A stretch of 64,000 nucleotides of DNA from Chiloscyllium plagiosum. Its lineage: Eukaryota. The number at the start of each line of letters is the position of its first letter. The first letter of the stretch is position 1. The stretch is from positions 59,903,410 to 59,967,409 of the forward strand of contig NC_057719.1 in NCBI RefSeq assembly GCF_004010195.1, written 5' to 3'. Made by a program: the position numbers and the translations under genes. The notes beneath the pieces were generated by a model. It saw only the letters and a list, made by a program, of their open reading frames with translations. It was not told the DNA's origin and did not search any database. Positions 13,706-26,715 of this stretch are shown piece by piece.

Positions 13706-14442
13706 AAACATGGAACATAGAACGTTACAGCACAGTGCAGGCCCTTCGGCCCTCGATGTTGCACCAACCTATGAAATTAATCTGATGCCCATCTAACCTC
13801 ACCATTCCATTATTATCCATATGTATGTCCAATGCCCATTTAAATGCCCTTAACATCCCCGAGTCTACTACTGTTGCAGGCAAGCTGTTCCACCCCCCCT
13901 ATTACTCTCTGAGTAAAGAAACTACCCCTGATATCTGTCCTAAATCTATCACCCCTCAATTTAAAGCTATGTCCCCTCGTGTTAGCTTTCACCATCCGAG
14001 GAAAAAGGCTCTCACTGTCCACCCTATCTAACCCTCTGATTATCTTATACATCTCGATTAAGTCACCTCTCAACCTTCTTCTCTCCATCGAAAACAGTTC
14101 CCTCAGTCTTTCCTCGTAAGACCCTCCTTCCATACCAGGCAACATCCTTGTAAGACTCCTCTGAACTCTTTCCAAAGCTTCCACATCCTTCCAATAATGT
14201 GGTGACCAGAACTGTACGCAATACTCCAGATGTGGCCTTACCATAAGACCATAAGACCATAAGACATAGGAGCGGAAGTAAGGCCATTCGGCCCATTGAG
14301 TCCACTCTGCCATTTAATCATGGCTGATGGGCATTTCAACTCCACTTACCCGCATTGTCCCCATAGCTCTTAATTCCATGTGACATCAAGAATTTATCAA
14401 TTTCTGCCTTGAAGACATTTAGCATCCCAGCCTCCACTGCAC
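13706..14442 (-). mobile_element. Two adjacent CR1-type 3' fragments
   Basis: VRPHLEYCVQFWSP...RRRLRGDLIE in 13840-14260. A (CCATAAGA)n tail starts a second fragment at about 14261 that matches 14717-14900. Confidence 0.85.
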
Positions 14443-14716
14443 AAATGTGAGCTAGTTAAGTTTCAAAGGGCTTGTTCTTTTAAGTTTTTACTTGATTTAT
14501 GCTGTACGATTTTGGCAGAAGGTAAGAGTATTCAAGTATTGTAGTTTCTCTCATATCCAATCTTTACTTGAATGTATCAATTTTTTGAAACACATTTTTA
14601 AAATTTTTGTTTATTTTACTCTTTGGTTCCTACCAGTTCACATCTTCACAGTGACCAGATGAATTCTTGCAAGTTGGCATCACATACCTACTGTTCTTTT
14701 TCAGCACAGCCTATTT

Positions 14717-17143
14717 AGACCATAAGACATAGGAGTGGAAGTAAGGCCATTCGGCCTATTGAGTCCACTCCGCCATTTAATCATGGCCAACGGACATTTC
14801 AACTCCACTTACCCGCACTCTCCCCGTAGCCCTTAATTCCTTGCAAGATCGAGAATTTATCAATCTCTGCCTTGAAGACATTTAATGTCCCGGTCTCCAC
14901 TACACTCCACGGCAATAAATTCCATAGGCCCACCACTCTCTGGCTGAAAAAATGTCCCCTCATTTCCATTCTAAATTTACCCCCTTTAATTCTCCGGCTG
15001 TGCCCACGGGTCCTAGTCTCCCTACCTCATGGAAACAACTTCCCAGCGGCCACCCTTTCTAAGCCACACATTATCTTGTAAGTTTCTATTAAATCTCCCC
15101 TCAACCTTCTAAACTCTAATGAATACAATCCTAGGATCCTCAACCGTTTATCGTTTGTTAGGCTTACCATTCCAGGGATCATACGTGTGAATCTCTGCTG
15201 GACACGCTGCAGTGTCAGTATCTCCTTCCTGAAGTGTTGGGCCCAAAATTGGACACAGTATTCTAAATGGTGCCTAACTAAAGCTTTATAAAATCTCAGA
15301 AGCACATCGCTGCTTTTGTATTCCAACCCTCTTGAGATAAATGACAAAATTACGTTCGCTTTCTTAATCACTGACACAACCTATAAGTTAACCTTTAGAC
15401 AATCCTGGATTAGCACTCCCACATCCCTTTATACTTTGGCTTTATGAATTTTCTCACCGTTTAGAAAATAGTCCATGCCTGTATTCTTTTCTCCAAAGTG
15501 CAAGACCTCGAATTTGCTCACGTTGAATTTCATCAGCCATTTCCTACACCACTCTCCTAAACTGTTTAAATCTTTTTGCAGCCTCCCCACCTCCTCAGTA
15601 CTACCTGCCTGTCCACCTAACTTTGTATCAATGGCAAACTTTGCCAGAATGCCCCAGTCCCTTGATCCAGATCATTTATATATAAAGTGAACAGCTGGGG
15701 CCCTAACACTGAACCATGTGGGACACCGCTTGTCACCAACTGCCATTTCGAAAAAGAACCTTTTATCCCAACTCTCTGCCTTCTGTCGGACAGCCAATCC
15801 TCAATCCGTGCCAGTAGCTCACCTCTAACACCATGGGCCCTCACCTTACTTAGCAGCCTCTCATGAGACACCTTATCAAAGCCCTTTTGGAAGTCTAGAT
15901 AAATGACATGCACTGGGTTTCCCTGGTCTAACCTATTTATTATCTCTTCAAAGAATTCTAACAGGTTTGTCAGGCATGACCTCCCCTTACTAAATCCACG
16001 CTGACTTGCTCTAATCTGACTCTGAACTTCCAAGAATTTAGAAATCTCATCCTTAACAATGGATTCAAGAATTTTACCAACAACCGAGGTTAGGCTAATC
16101 GGCCTATAATTTTCCATCTTTTGTCTTGATCCTTTCTTGAACAAGAGGGTTACAACAGCAATTTTTCAATCATGTGGGACTTTTCCTGACTCCAGTGACT
16201 TTTGAACGATCACAACCAACGCCTCTGCTATTTCCTCAGCCACGTCTCTCAGAACTCTAGAATGTAGCCCCTCGGAGGTCAGGAGATTAATACATTTTTA
16301 GACCTTTTAGCTTGTGTAGCACTTCCTCTTCTGTAATAGCTACTATACTCAACTCTACCCCCGACTCTCCTTAATTGTTGGGATATTTCTCATGTCTTCC
16401 ATTGTGAAGACTGACCCAAAGTACTTTTTAAGTTCTTCAGCTATTTCCTTGTCTCCAACACTAGCCTTCCTGCAAGAATTTGGAGCAGCCCAATGTCTAC
16501 TTTTGCCTCTTGTTTGTTTCTTATATATTGAAAGAAACTTCTACTATCATTTCTAATATTACTGGCTAGTCTACCTTCATAATTGAGACTCTCTTTAATT
16601 TCTTACTTTGTTATCCTGTGTTTGTTTTTGTCGTCTTCCCAATCTTCTGATCTCCCAGTGCTCTTGGCCAATTTATAGGATCTCTCTTTTCCTTTGATAC
16701 GTTTCCTGAATTCCTTTGTCAGCCATGGCTGCCTAGTTCCCCACACCCCAATAATTCCTCCCACGATAGTCATTCTTTTCTTTGGGATGAACCTCTGTAC
16801 TGTGTCCTCAATTACACACAGAAACTTCTGCCATTGTTGCTGTACTGTCTTCCCCACGAGGCTCTGCTTCCAGTCGACTTTCGTTAGTTCCTCATGATCA
16901 CTGTGCCCTTGCCTTTCTGACATGCCCGATCTATTTCCCGGTACATCTTGCGCCCCTGGTCCTGACCACTGTTAGGAGGTCTGCACATAACTCCCACTAT
17001 GGTTTTTTTTGCCTTTGTGGTTCCTCAATTCCACCCACTTAGACTCCACATCATCCGACGCTATGTCATTCAGTGCCATAGATTTAATTTTGTTCTTAAC
17101 TAACAAGGCCACCTCGTCCCCTCTGCCCACCTCCCTGTCTTTA
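14717..17143 (-). mobile_element. CR1-type LINE ORF2 remnant (RT and part of endonuclease)
   Basis: FKKGSRQKMENYRPISLTSVVGKILE...YLDFQKGFDKV...SGVPHGSVLGPQLFTLYINDL, and endonuclease-region VALLVK...VESKWVELRN. Confidence 0.9.
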
Positions 17144-17740
17144 CCAGTGTCTTGTACAGCTGAAGCATGACCTCGTGGCTCCAAAACTCAATCCCCACAC
17201 AAATAAAAGCTAGCACACCTAATGCCTTCTTATCAACCTGGGTGGCAACTTTCAGGGATTTATGCACCTGGAAACCGAGATCTCTCTGTTCATCTACACA
17301 GCCAAGAATTTTACCATTAGCCAAGTACTCTGCATTTCTGTTATTTCTTCCGGAGTGAACTACCTCACATTAACCTCTATTTGCCACTCCTCTGCCCAGC
17401 TCTGCATCTTATCTATGTCCCTCTGTAACCCATAACATCCTTTGGTACTATCCACAACTCTGCCTAACTTAGTATCAACTGTAAATTTACTACTCCATCA
17501 TTCTATGCCCACATCCAGATCATTTATAAAAATGGCAAACAGCAGTGGTCCCAAAACAGATCCTTGCGGCACACCACTGGTAATTGAGCTCCAGGATGAA
17601 CATTTCCCATCAACCACCACCCTCTGTCTTCTTTCCGCTAGCCAATTTCTGATCCAAACCGCTAAATTACCTTCAATCCCGAAACTTTGTATTTTGTGCA
17701 ATAGCCGACCGTTTGGAACTTTATCAAATGTCTTACTGAA
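17144..17740 (-). mobile_element. CR1-type RT fragment
   Basis: [17 protein letters not shown]...[22 protein letters not shown]. Confidence 0.85.
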
Positions 17741-18039
17741 GGTGGCCTTGTTGATGTTTAGGAGGCCCTATTCTCTGCCTAGTTGCTCTTTTGTCCTTCA
17801 TGTGTTTGTAGAATCTCTTTGGACGTTGAAGTTTATATTAATTTAACTTTTCATTTGCTTTGTTGCTCTTCTTCTGGTAAATCCTTCACCATCTTCTTTG
17901 TTTCACACGGCTTTTTGCTCTGATTGCATCTGCACAAGTGTCGCAATTTGTTATGTATGCAGCATATTTCCTTTCAGGTCTCACTGTCAGGTCTTGAAGC
18001 CCATTGAAGGAGGAGAGTGGGGAGTGTCATCCCAATATA

Positions 18040-18645
18040 CTTTTTATTTGTTCATTGGATGTAGACATAAATGATCAGGCCAGCATTTATTGCCAATCCC
18101 TAATTGCCCAGGGAGCAGTTAAGTGTCAATGACATTGTTGTGGGTCTGGAGTCACATGTAAGCCAGACCAGATATGAACAATGGGTTACTTTCCCTAAAG
18201 GATGTTAGTGAACTAGATGGATTCTTATGACAATTGACAGTAGTTACATGTTTGCCATTGGTCTGACAATAATTACAATGTTAGCTGGCTTTCATCTCAC
18301 TACATAGGGAAGATAATGATCGAATAGTACTATTGCTAGATTATTAACCCAGAAACCCAGGTAATGTCCTGGGGACCTGGGTTCGAATTCTGCCATGGTA
18401 AATGGTTGAATTACAATAGAAAAAATTGGAAGTAAGAGTGCAATGATGACTATGAATCCATTGTCAATTGTTGAGGAAAAACTTATCTGATTTGCTCATA
18501 TCGTTCAGGGAAGGAAACTGGCACTCTTATCGGGTCTGGTCTACATCTAACTGTAAACCACAGCAATGCGGTTGATTTTTAATTGACCTCTGGGCAATAA
18601 ATGCTGGCATAGCCAGTGATGACCTCATCTTGTGAATTAATTTTT
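18040..18645. mobile_element. Head-to-head pair of old Deu-domain (SacSINE1/AmnSINE-like) SINEs: 18040-18260(-) and 18320-18645(+)
   Basis: tRNA B-box GGTTCGAATTC near 18380. Central AGGGAAGGAAA...CCACAGCAATGCGGTTGA block with a reverse-complement copy at 18110-18225. Family name from recognition only. Confidence 0.55.
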
Positions 18646-19226
18646 TTAAAATGTCTTAACTTCATCAATGTTACCATTAATAAAATTAAGCATATTAAAA
18701 TCTTCCATACTTAGTTTTAATATTTTCTTGTTAAATGAATTGCTGTAATTCTTCAAATGTAAAACATATTAATTTGACACATGCAAATGCATTCTTTAAA
18801 GTAAATTGGAATGCCCTGATACTTTTTGATCATATTTTATCCAAGACAGCTTATCTGCTCTGATAAGAAAATATGCATTTCCAATCCACACAAGTATTTG
18901 TTCGCAGCCAGTTCACTGAAAAAAAAACTGGATTCTTTATCAAGCATACTGTTAGTACTTTATTTTTGTTGGCATGTGTTTGATCTTACATATACTTGTA
19001 CACTTATTGTTGTGAAATCATTTCAAAGATTGCCTTCATACAATGAACCACCACCTTTCATTAATTATTTATACCATGTACATATTGTGAGTAGGAAGAG
19101 CAGTCATAGAATCTTTCATGTTCCATCTTGGTTCCAACTGTGTCTCTCATCAGCATGCATCACTGACAACATATGCCATTCATAGAACTTACACTTATCC
19201 TACACTTATCATCTATGGTTAAAATA

Positions 19227-20635
19227 CAGTCTGTTCTGCTATATCATGGTAGTTGCATTCTCCTGCAACCTTGTGTTATAGAAAATCACACAATAGAGAT
19301 AACAGGGCCAATGGGAAAAACAAGGTTGGGGAAAACCACCAAAAAAATCAATACAACAACAGTAGTTATCCTAACATAAACAATAGCACAGTCTAAGTAA
19401 ATGTTAAACTCATATATTTTAATGAAATAATACAATAAGCTTAATGATTTAACTCAGTGCTGCTGAGTTACAGTACTGTATTAAGACAGGGGCTGAGGGT
19501 CATCATCAGCATCATCTTTACTTTCAGGTGCAGTTCTGGGTGCAGGGTTACACTGACAGTAAATATTATTCCAGAAGTGGTTGGCTGTGGCTCATTGTCT
19601 TCAGACTGTTTCTTGGGGATTGGCTTAAACAAAGCATCTACATTTTGCTGCTTTGTCTTCTTTCTTCTTTTGTGAAGGAGCCGTTCAAAGGGTGCAGCTT
19701 CCCCCACAGTAATAAGTTGCTGTAGATCAATCTCCATTTCTTCAAATCCAACTTGCATTGCAAGAGCTACACAATGCTCTTTGATTGTTGGAAGCTCCTC
19801 TGACAGTTCAACGCCTTTAAAATCACGAAGAAAATCTGACAGAAGCTTCTGCCAACCTGCATGCAAACAGTCCTTACTGACATCACAGCTTTTTAATGCA
19901 AAGCTCAAGCTCCACGAAATCCAAATCCTGCAAAGGAATTCATCACTTTTAAAGGATTTTACGCTGTAAGAGCTTTTGCCCGAAACGTCGATTTTGCATG
20001 TCCTCGGATGCTGCCTGAATTGCTGTGCTCTTCCAGCACCACTGATCCAGAATCTGGTTTCCAGCATCTGCAGTCATTGTTTTTACCTTACTGACATCAC
20101 CCCTGCCCTCCACAATGATGGCAAAAGCATTTTTAATGTTAAAGCTCTTCCAAAATTGAAGAACACTGTTGTCATTATCCTCCTCAGCATCTGCAATCAG
20201 CTTCCTGAATGTGTGCGTTAAATAATAAGCTTTAAAAGCTGTTATTGAACCCTAGTCCAGGGATTGAATGAGGGAGGTTGTGTTCGGAGGTGGAAATAGC
20301 ACTTTAATATCTTCAGAAAGCTCACCAATGGTGGGAGGATTGTTTGGTGTATTGTCCAGAATGAGGAGAATCATGAAATCCAAATCTTTTCTCTTGGATT
20401 AATTTCTAAAAACATCCTCAAAAACATCAACAATAGGGTCAGAAAAAAATTGCCCCGTCATCCAACCCTTTTTGCTTGACCTGATATAAGACCTGAGAGC
20501 GGATTTAAGGTAACCAGGGGTGGAATCGCGTATAGCCAATGGGAGTTCGCATTTTAAAAAAATCATTCCCCAATTCATCAACCACGTTACAGCCAACGTG
20601 CGTTGATGAAATGTGTGTTAAAGGGGAATATTCTG
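19227..20635 (-). mobile_element. Tigger/pogo-like transposon remnant with decayed DDE transposase
   Basis: Minus strand ~20220-20375 reads ILLILDNTPNNP...IKVLFPPPNTTSLIQSLD*GSITAFKAYYL (Tigger-like). Ends are TA|CAG...CTG|TA. Interrupted by a Penelope-like unit at about 19968-20088. Confidence 0.8.
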
Positions 20636-22016
20636 TATAAACGCTGCTCTATTCCTCTGTTTAGCTAACATAAAACTAAAGTATGAGACTGAGCTATACA
20701 TTATACAGATGTTTACAGATGAAAGTCATGAATAAAATCAATGTATCTTTATTCAGTATAGTAATTTTGCTGATACCTTCAGTTTGAAATTCAGCATCAA
20801 GGATCAGAGAGCAGTTTATTGCTGAGTAAGTGTCACTCGATAGCACTACGGACAATCTATTCCATCACTTTGCTGATGATTAAGATTAGATTGCTTAATT
20901 GGAATTCATCCTGCTTTTTGTGGACAGGTCATGCATGAGCAATTTTCCATTTTGCTAGGCATATACCAGTGTTGTAGCTATACTAGACCAGCTCAGGAAA
21001 CGACATGATAGGTTTTGGACTACAGTTTTCAAAACCGTAAGCAGGAATTTATGAGGTTGAGCAAACTCAGTTGTTGTGAGCTAAGGAAGAAAAGATTATA
21101 TGTGTGAGGATCAGGCTGTCCATTATGCAAAACGTAATGTCGTCATTGTCCTACTGGATCATAGGGCTCCTCTCTCATTACAGAGATGACTGATGGTGGT
21201 TTGACCTAAATGTTAGCATGCCTCAGGCAAGGGGAGAAGTTGAGTCCTTCATGGTAATGTCAGTCAGTGTGAGAATTGAACTCACACTGTTGTCATCAAT
21301 AACTGGCCATCCAGCCAACTGAGCTGCCCAATAAGGATTGTAAGACAATACAGATGGGAGAAGTAACATGATAAATATGGAGTGTATAGATTGTCATGTT
21401 GCGAGAAATTTGGGGGCTGTACAAGGCATTTGGGGCTGTTATGAAACATATATACAAGGAAATATAAGATAATTTAGATAGCTGTAAGGAGTGCATTGTG
21501 TAAGTGACAAAATGCACAGATGGAATTGGTATTTACATTTTCTGCTTATGTATACTAAATGGTATATTCTTGTTCATATTTGTCTTTTAACTATGATCTG
21601 AATATTATTTTGATTCATGGGCCACTGGCATCAGTGAGAGAAGGAGCTGTACCATTGGAACAGACTTACACTGCACTGGCCTACTCCTGTTCCCAGATTG
21701 TATGTTATATGTGCACTTGAGCCATTCTCCAGAAAAATTACAGAAAGGGCTTTAAAGTGAATAGATCAGGTGATGGGGGGGAAGGGATGCTGGTGGCGGT
21801 GGTGGAGTTCACAAGAGGGTAGACTAGAAAGATAACAAAAACAGAAATAGCAATAGTGCATGTTTGTGATACAAGAAGTATAACCAGAGAACGACAAGAA
21901 GGATCACAATATACGAACGTAAGAATGCACCAGCAAAAGGGGTCAGAGTGTTGAAAATGATGTAAAAAGACAGAAGTAAAGCATGCAGCATTTGTGACAA
22001 AATGATGAACTGACAG

Positions 22017-22257
22017 TGCCCACCCTGGCAATGTTTTTCTACAACCTCTACCATTGGGGAGAAGGTACAGAAGCTGAACACACGCACCAGCTGGTTTCAT
22101 AACAGTTTCTACCCTTAACATTCACCTTTACCTGTGTTTTTGTTTTTGCTGCTGTTTACCTATTATTTACTCATCTATGTTACTTAATGATGTGATCTGC
22201 CTACATTGCTCGCAATACAAAGCTTTTCACTGTACACATGACAATAAATTCAATACA
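22017..22257 (+). mobile_element. Rex1/Babar-type 3' end fragment
   Basis: Near-copy of 12830-13110. Confidence 0.75.
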
Positions 22258-23590
22258 AAGTAGAAATTGATGGATATAGTAGTCATTAAGATATTGGTTA
22301 GCCATTTGGTAGTGCAGAGTTAAGTACTGCCAAAAAAGACACATTTTCTTGAGGTTTTTCATCTCGGACTCACCAAGACAAACACAAGAATATTAAAAAG
22401 GAGCAATATTTTCATGCTGGATGAAAAGAAAATGTTGATTGTTGGGGAAGGACTTTGATTGGTGGAGACATTGCCATGTAAAATGTACTGTTAAGTGATG
22501 AGTGACAGTTAATTTTCAAATTTTGTTGAGATTTAAACCATGTAGATTGATTTTGATTGGTCAAGACAATGACCTGAGAAATGACAGAATAGCTGTCACC
22601 TATCGAATTTCTATGGGGTTAGGAGGCATGGAATGATACCAACTAGCAGTAAAGTTGTTCTTCTCTCTCTGGAAAAATACATAAACTGTCCTGGAAATGT
22701 TGAGTCTCCTGTTTCAGGCTTTCATGCTGACATTTCTTGTTATAAGGTGGTATTTTGTACCACCTTATAGCAAGAGAAGTAAGTCACTAGTGGGAACAGT
22801 TTATAATTATCTGAATGATAATTATGCTGGAGTGGGAACTTGTAAGAAAGATGCTAAAATAATCATTGTTCTATTTTATTATTGTGTAGATTGGAATAAT
22901 CAAATTGGCAAGACTAGTTTTCAGGGTTCTTGATGAATACATTATTGAATCAACCAGGGAACAGGCTACTTTAGAGCTTGTAAAGTATAATGAGACAGGA
23001 ATAATTATTTATCTCATAGAAAAAGATTCTCTATATAAATGTTCACCAAGATAAAACTTCACATTCAGTTTGAGGGCAGAAACCTGTGTCTGAAACTTAT
23101 GTCTTAAACTTAAATAAAGGAAATGGCAGAGGAGTTGAATAAATAGTTCATACCAGTCTTCACTGTAGAACACATGAAAAATATTCCATGAACACTACAT
23201 AATCAAGGGGCAAAAGAGGGAGAGGAAATAAATACAATAACTATCACTTGAGAAAATGTAACAAGGAAACTGATGGCACTAAAAACCGATAAGGTCCTGG
23301 CCTGATGGGCTGCATTCTAGAATATTAAAGAAAGTAGCTAAAGAGATAATAGCACCTTTACTCAAGAAGGGAAGACAAAAGATGGGTAACTATGAGTCAG
23401 TTTAACATCTGTTATTAGAAAACTATCAGAATCTATTATATAGGATGTATTAACACAGCATTTAGAAATATATAATGTCATCAGGGAGAGTCATCATGGT
23501 TTCACAATGGGGAAATTATGCTTGACAAATTTATTAGAATTCTTTGAGGACGTAACAAGTAGGATAGATAAAGGGGAAGCAAAACATGTA

Positions 23591-23808
23591 CCGGTCAGGA
23601 ATTCTTTATCTTAAAATCTGAGGGCCAACTGGTCTTCTTATAAATTATAATTTCAGTTTTCAGATACACTTACCATCATAGGTCTATTCAGGCTCTTTGG
23701 GGGGAAAAAAAACTTCACTCTTAGGTCCATTCAGGTTCACATTCAAAAGACCTTCAGTTTTTAGGTGTTTTAAGTTTTTGGGCATTTGGATAAAGGATAC
23801 CCAATCTG
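23591..23808. mobile_element. Tigger-derived MITE (MER46/Tigger4-like ends)
   Basis: TA-flanked. Right end GGATAAAGGATACCCAATCTG; decayed left TIR CCGGTCAGGAATTCTTTATC. Interrupts the CR1 RT. Confidence 0.5.
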
Positions 23809-23875
23809 TAACATATTTGGATTTCCAGAAAGTGTTTGATAAGCTACTACATATTAGACTACTTCAAAATAAGAG

Positions 23876-24548
23876 AAAATGAGGTCTGCAGATGCTGGAG
23901 ATCAGAGATGGAAATGTGTTGCTGGAGAAGCGCAGCAGGTCAGGCAGCATCTAGGGAACAGGAGAATCGACGTTTCGGGCATTAGCCCTTCTTCAGGAAT
24001 GAGGAAAGTTTGTCCAGCAGGCTAAGATAAAAGATAGGGAGGAGGGACTTGGGGGAGGGGCGTCAGAAATGTGATAGGTGGAAANNNNNNNNNNNNNNNN
24101 NNNNNNNNNNNNNNNNNNNNNNNNNNNNNNNNNNNNNNNNNNNNNNNNNNNNNNNNNNNNNNNNNNNNNNNNNNNNNNNNNNNNNNNNNNNNNNNNNNNN
24201 NNNNNNNNNNNNNNNNNNNNNNNNNNNNNNNNNNNNNNNNNNNNNNNNNNNNNNNNNNNNNNNNNNNNNNNNNNNNNNNNNNNNNNNNNNNNNNNNNNNN
24301 NNGCTCTTCCTCCAACCGTCGTGTTGTTGTGGTCTGGTGATGGAGGAGTCCAAAAACCTGCATATCCTTGTGGGCGCAAGTCTTGCACCTCCTGCGGTTG
24401 CAGGGGAGGGTGCCGGGAGTGGAGGTTGGGTTGGTGGGGGGTGTGGATCTGACGAGGGAGTCACGGAGGGAGTGGTCTTTACGGAATGCTGATAGGGGAG
24501 GGGAGGGAAATATATCCTTGGTGGTGGGGTCCGTTTGGAGGTGGAAAA
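23876..24548 (-). mobile_element. Penelope-like insertion with 16-bp TSD (contains gap 24084-24302)
   Basis: TACTTCAAAATAAGAG at 23860-23875 and 24549-24564. Hammerhead-like core at 23969-23996(-). Confidence 0.8.
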
Positions 24549-25254
24549 TACTTCAAAATAAGAGCCTATGGTGTTGGGAATAGTGTATTAGCATGAACAG
24601 AAGATTGATTAATGAGTAGAATACAGAGTTGGGATAAAGGGGGCATTTTCAGGATAGCAACCTGTAACTAGTGAAATGTCAAGGGAGCAGTGCTGGTGTC
24701 ACAATTATATACATTAAAGAATTTGATGAAGAAAGTGAATGTATTATTGCCAAGTCTGCAGATGACACAGAAATATGAAAGCAACTGGTGACTATGACAC
24801 AAAAAAGTCTGCTGAAGGATATTGACAAGTTAAGTTAGTTGGCAAAAACTTATTCGATGAATTCTAATATGGGAAAATGTGATGTGATGCATTTTGGCAG
24901 AAAGGATAGAGGGAATAAATATTATTTAAATGGAAAAAGACTGCAGATAGCTGCAGCACAAAGGGATTTTGGAGGCCTCGCGCATAAATCACAAACAATT
25001 AGCTTACAAATTCATCAGGTAATATGGAAGGCAAATGGAATATTGGCTTATATTTTGAGGGAATAGAGTATAAAAATAGGGAAGTCGCAAAGTGTGGCAC
25101 TGGAAAAGCATAGCAGGTCAGACAGCATCTGAGGAGCAGGAGAATCAATGTTTTGGGTGTAAGCCCTTCATCAGGAATGTTCTCCAGCATTTGCAGTTCT
25201 CACTTTTTCCTATAGAAATAAGGAAATTTGCTAAAACTATACAAGGCACTTATC

Positions 25255-26715
25255 TATTTTCACAATTTCCAGAGTTGCCAACACCTCTTCCTTGCGAACC
25301 TCAATCCCATCTAGTCTCGTAGCCTGTATCTCAGTATTCTCCTTGACAACATTGTCTTTTTCCAGTGTGAATACTGATGAAAAATATTCATTCAGCACTT
25401 TTCTCCTCAGACTTCACGCACAACTTCCCACAACTGTCCTTGATTGGCCCTAATCTTACTCTGGTCATTCTTTTATTCCTGATATACCTCTAGAAAGTAT
25501 TAGGGTTTTCCTTGATCCTATTGCCAAAGACTTCTCATGTCCACTCTTGGCTCTTCTTAGCTCTCTCTTTAGGTCTTTCCTGGCTAACTTGTAACTCTCA
25601 AGCACCCTAACTGAGCCTTCACGTCTCAACCTAACATAAGCCTTCTTCTTCCTCTTGACAAGAAATTCAACTTCTTTAGGGCGGCACAGTGGTTAGCACT
25701 GCTGCCTCACAGTGCCAGAGAGGTGGCACAGTGGTTAGCACTGCTGCGTCACAGTGCTAGAGACCTGGGTTCAATTCCCGCCTCAGGAGACTGACTATGT
25801 GGAGTTTGCACATTCTCCCCATGTCTGCGTGGGTTTCCTCTGGGTGCTCCAGTTTCCTCCCACAGTGCAGGTTAGGTGAATTGGCCATGCTAAATTGCCT
25901 GTAGTGTGAAGGGGTAAAAGTAGGGGAATGGGTCTGGGTGGGTTGCGCTTCGACGGGTTGGTGTGGACTTGTTGGGCCGAAGGGCCTGTTTCCACACTGT
26001 AAGTTATCTAATCTAATATAAAGTTTAGTAAACCACGGCTCCCTCGCTCGACCACTCCCTCCCTGCCGGACAGGGACATACTTAGACACACAGTAGCTGT
26101 TCCTTGAATAAATTCAACATTTCAACTGTGCCCATCTCCTGCAGTTTCCTATGCATCCTAAATCTTACCTAACCACATCATAATTGCCTTTCCCCCAGGG
26201 AAACTCTTACCTGCGGTATATACCCATCCCTTTCCATCGCTAAAGTAAACAGAACCAAATTGTGGTCATTATCACAAAAGTGCTCACCTACCTCTAAATC
26301 TAACACCTGTCCAGGTTCATTACCCAGTACCAAATCCAATATGGCCTTGCCCCTTGTTGGCCTGTCTACATACTGTCTCAGGAAACCCTCCTGCATACGT
26401 TGGACGAAAATAGACTCCTCTAAAGTACTTGAAATGTAGTATTTCCAGTCAATATTTGGAAAGTTAAAGATCCCCATAACAACTACCCTGTTACTCTTGC
26501 TCCTATCCAGAATCATCTACATCTCTGGAACTATTCGGAGGCCTATAGAAAACTCCCAACAGGGTGACCTCTCCTTTCCTGTTTCTAACCTCAGTCCACA
26601 TTACCTCAGTAGCCGAGCCCTCAAATGTCCTTTCAGCTACCATAATACTGTCCTTGACTAACAATGCCACATGTTCCCTTCTTTTCCCATCTTCTCTGTT
26701 CTTACTGAAACATCT
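25255..26715 (-). mobile_element. CR1-type LINE fragment (endonuclease/linker region)
   Basis: VVVMGIFNFPNIDW...FLRQYVDRPTRGKAILDLVLGNEPG...DHN. Confidence 0.85.
25679..26016 (+). mobile_element. HE1-like tRNA-derived V-SINE with duplicated 5' head
   Basis: GGCACAGTGGTTAGCACTGCTG (twice), B-box GGTTCAATTCC, core TGGAGTTTGCACATTCTCCCC, (TCTAA)n tail. Confidence 0.85.

Larger units (their letters stand above)
22950..25250 (+). mobile_element. Old CR1-type LINE hosting three nested insertions
   Basis: YLDFQKVFDKLLH, GKCDVMHFGRK and HGF..GKLCLTNLLEFFE-like peptides. Confidence 0.8.
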
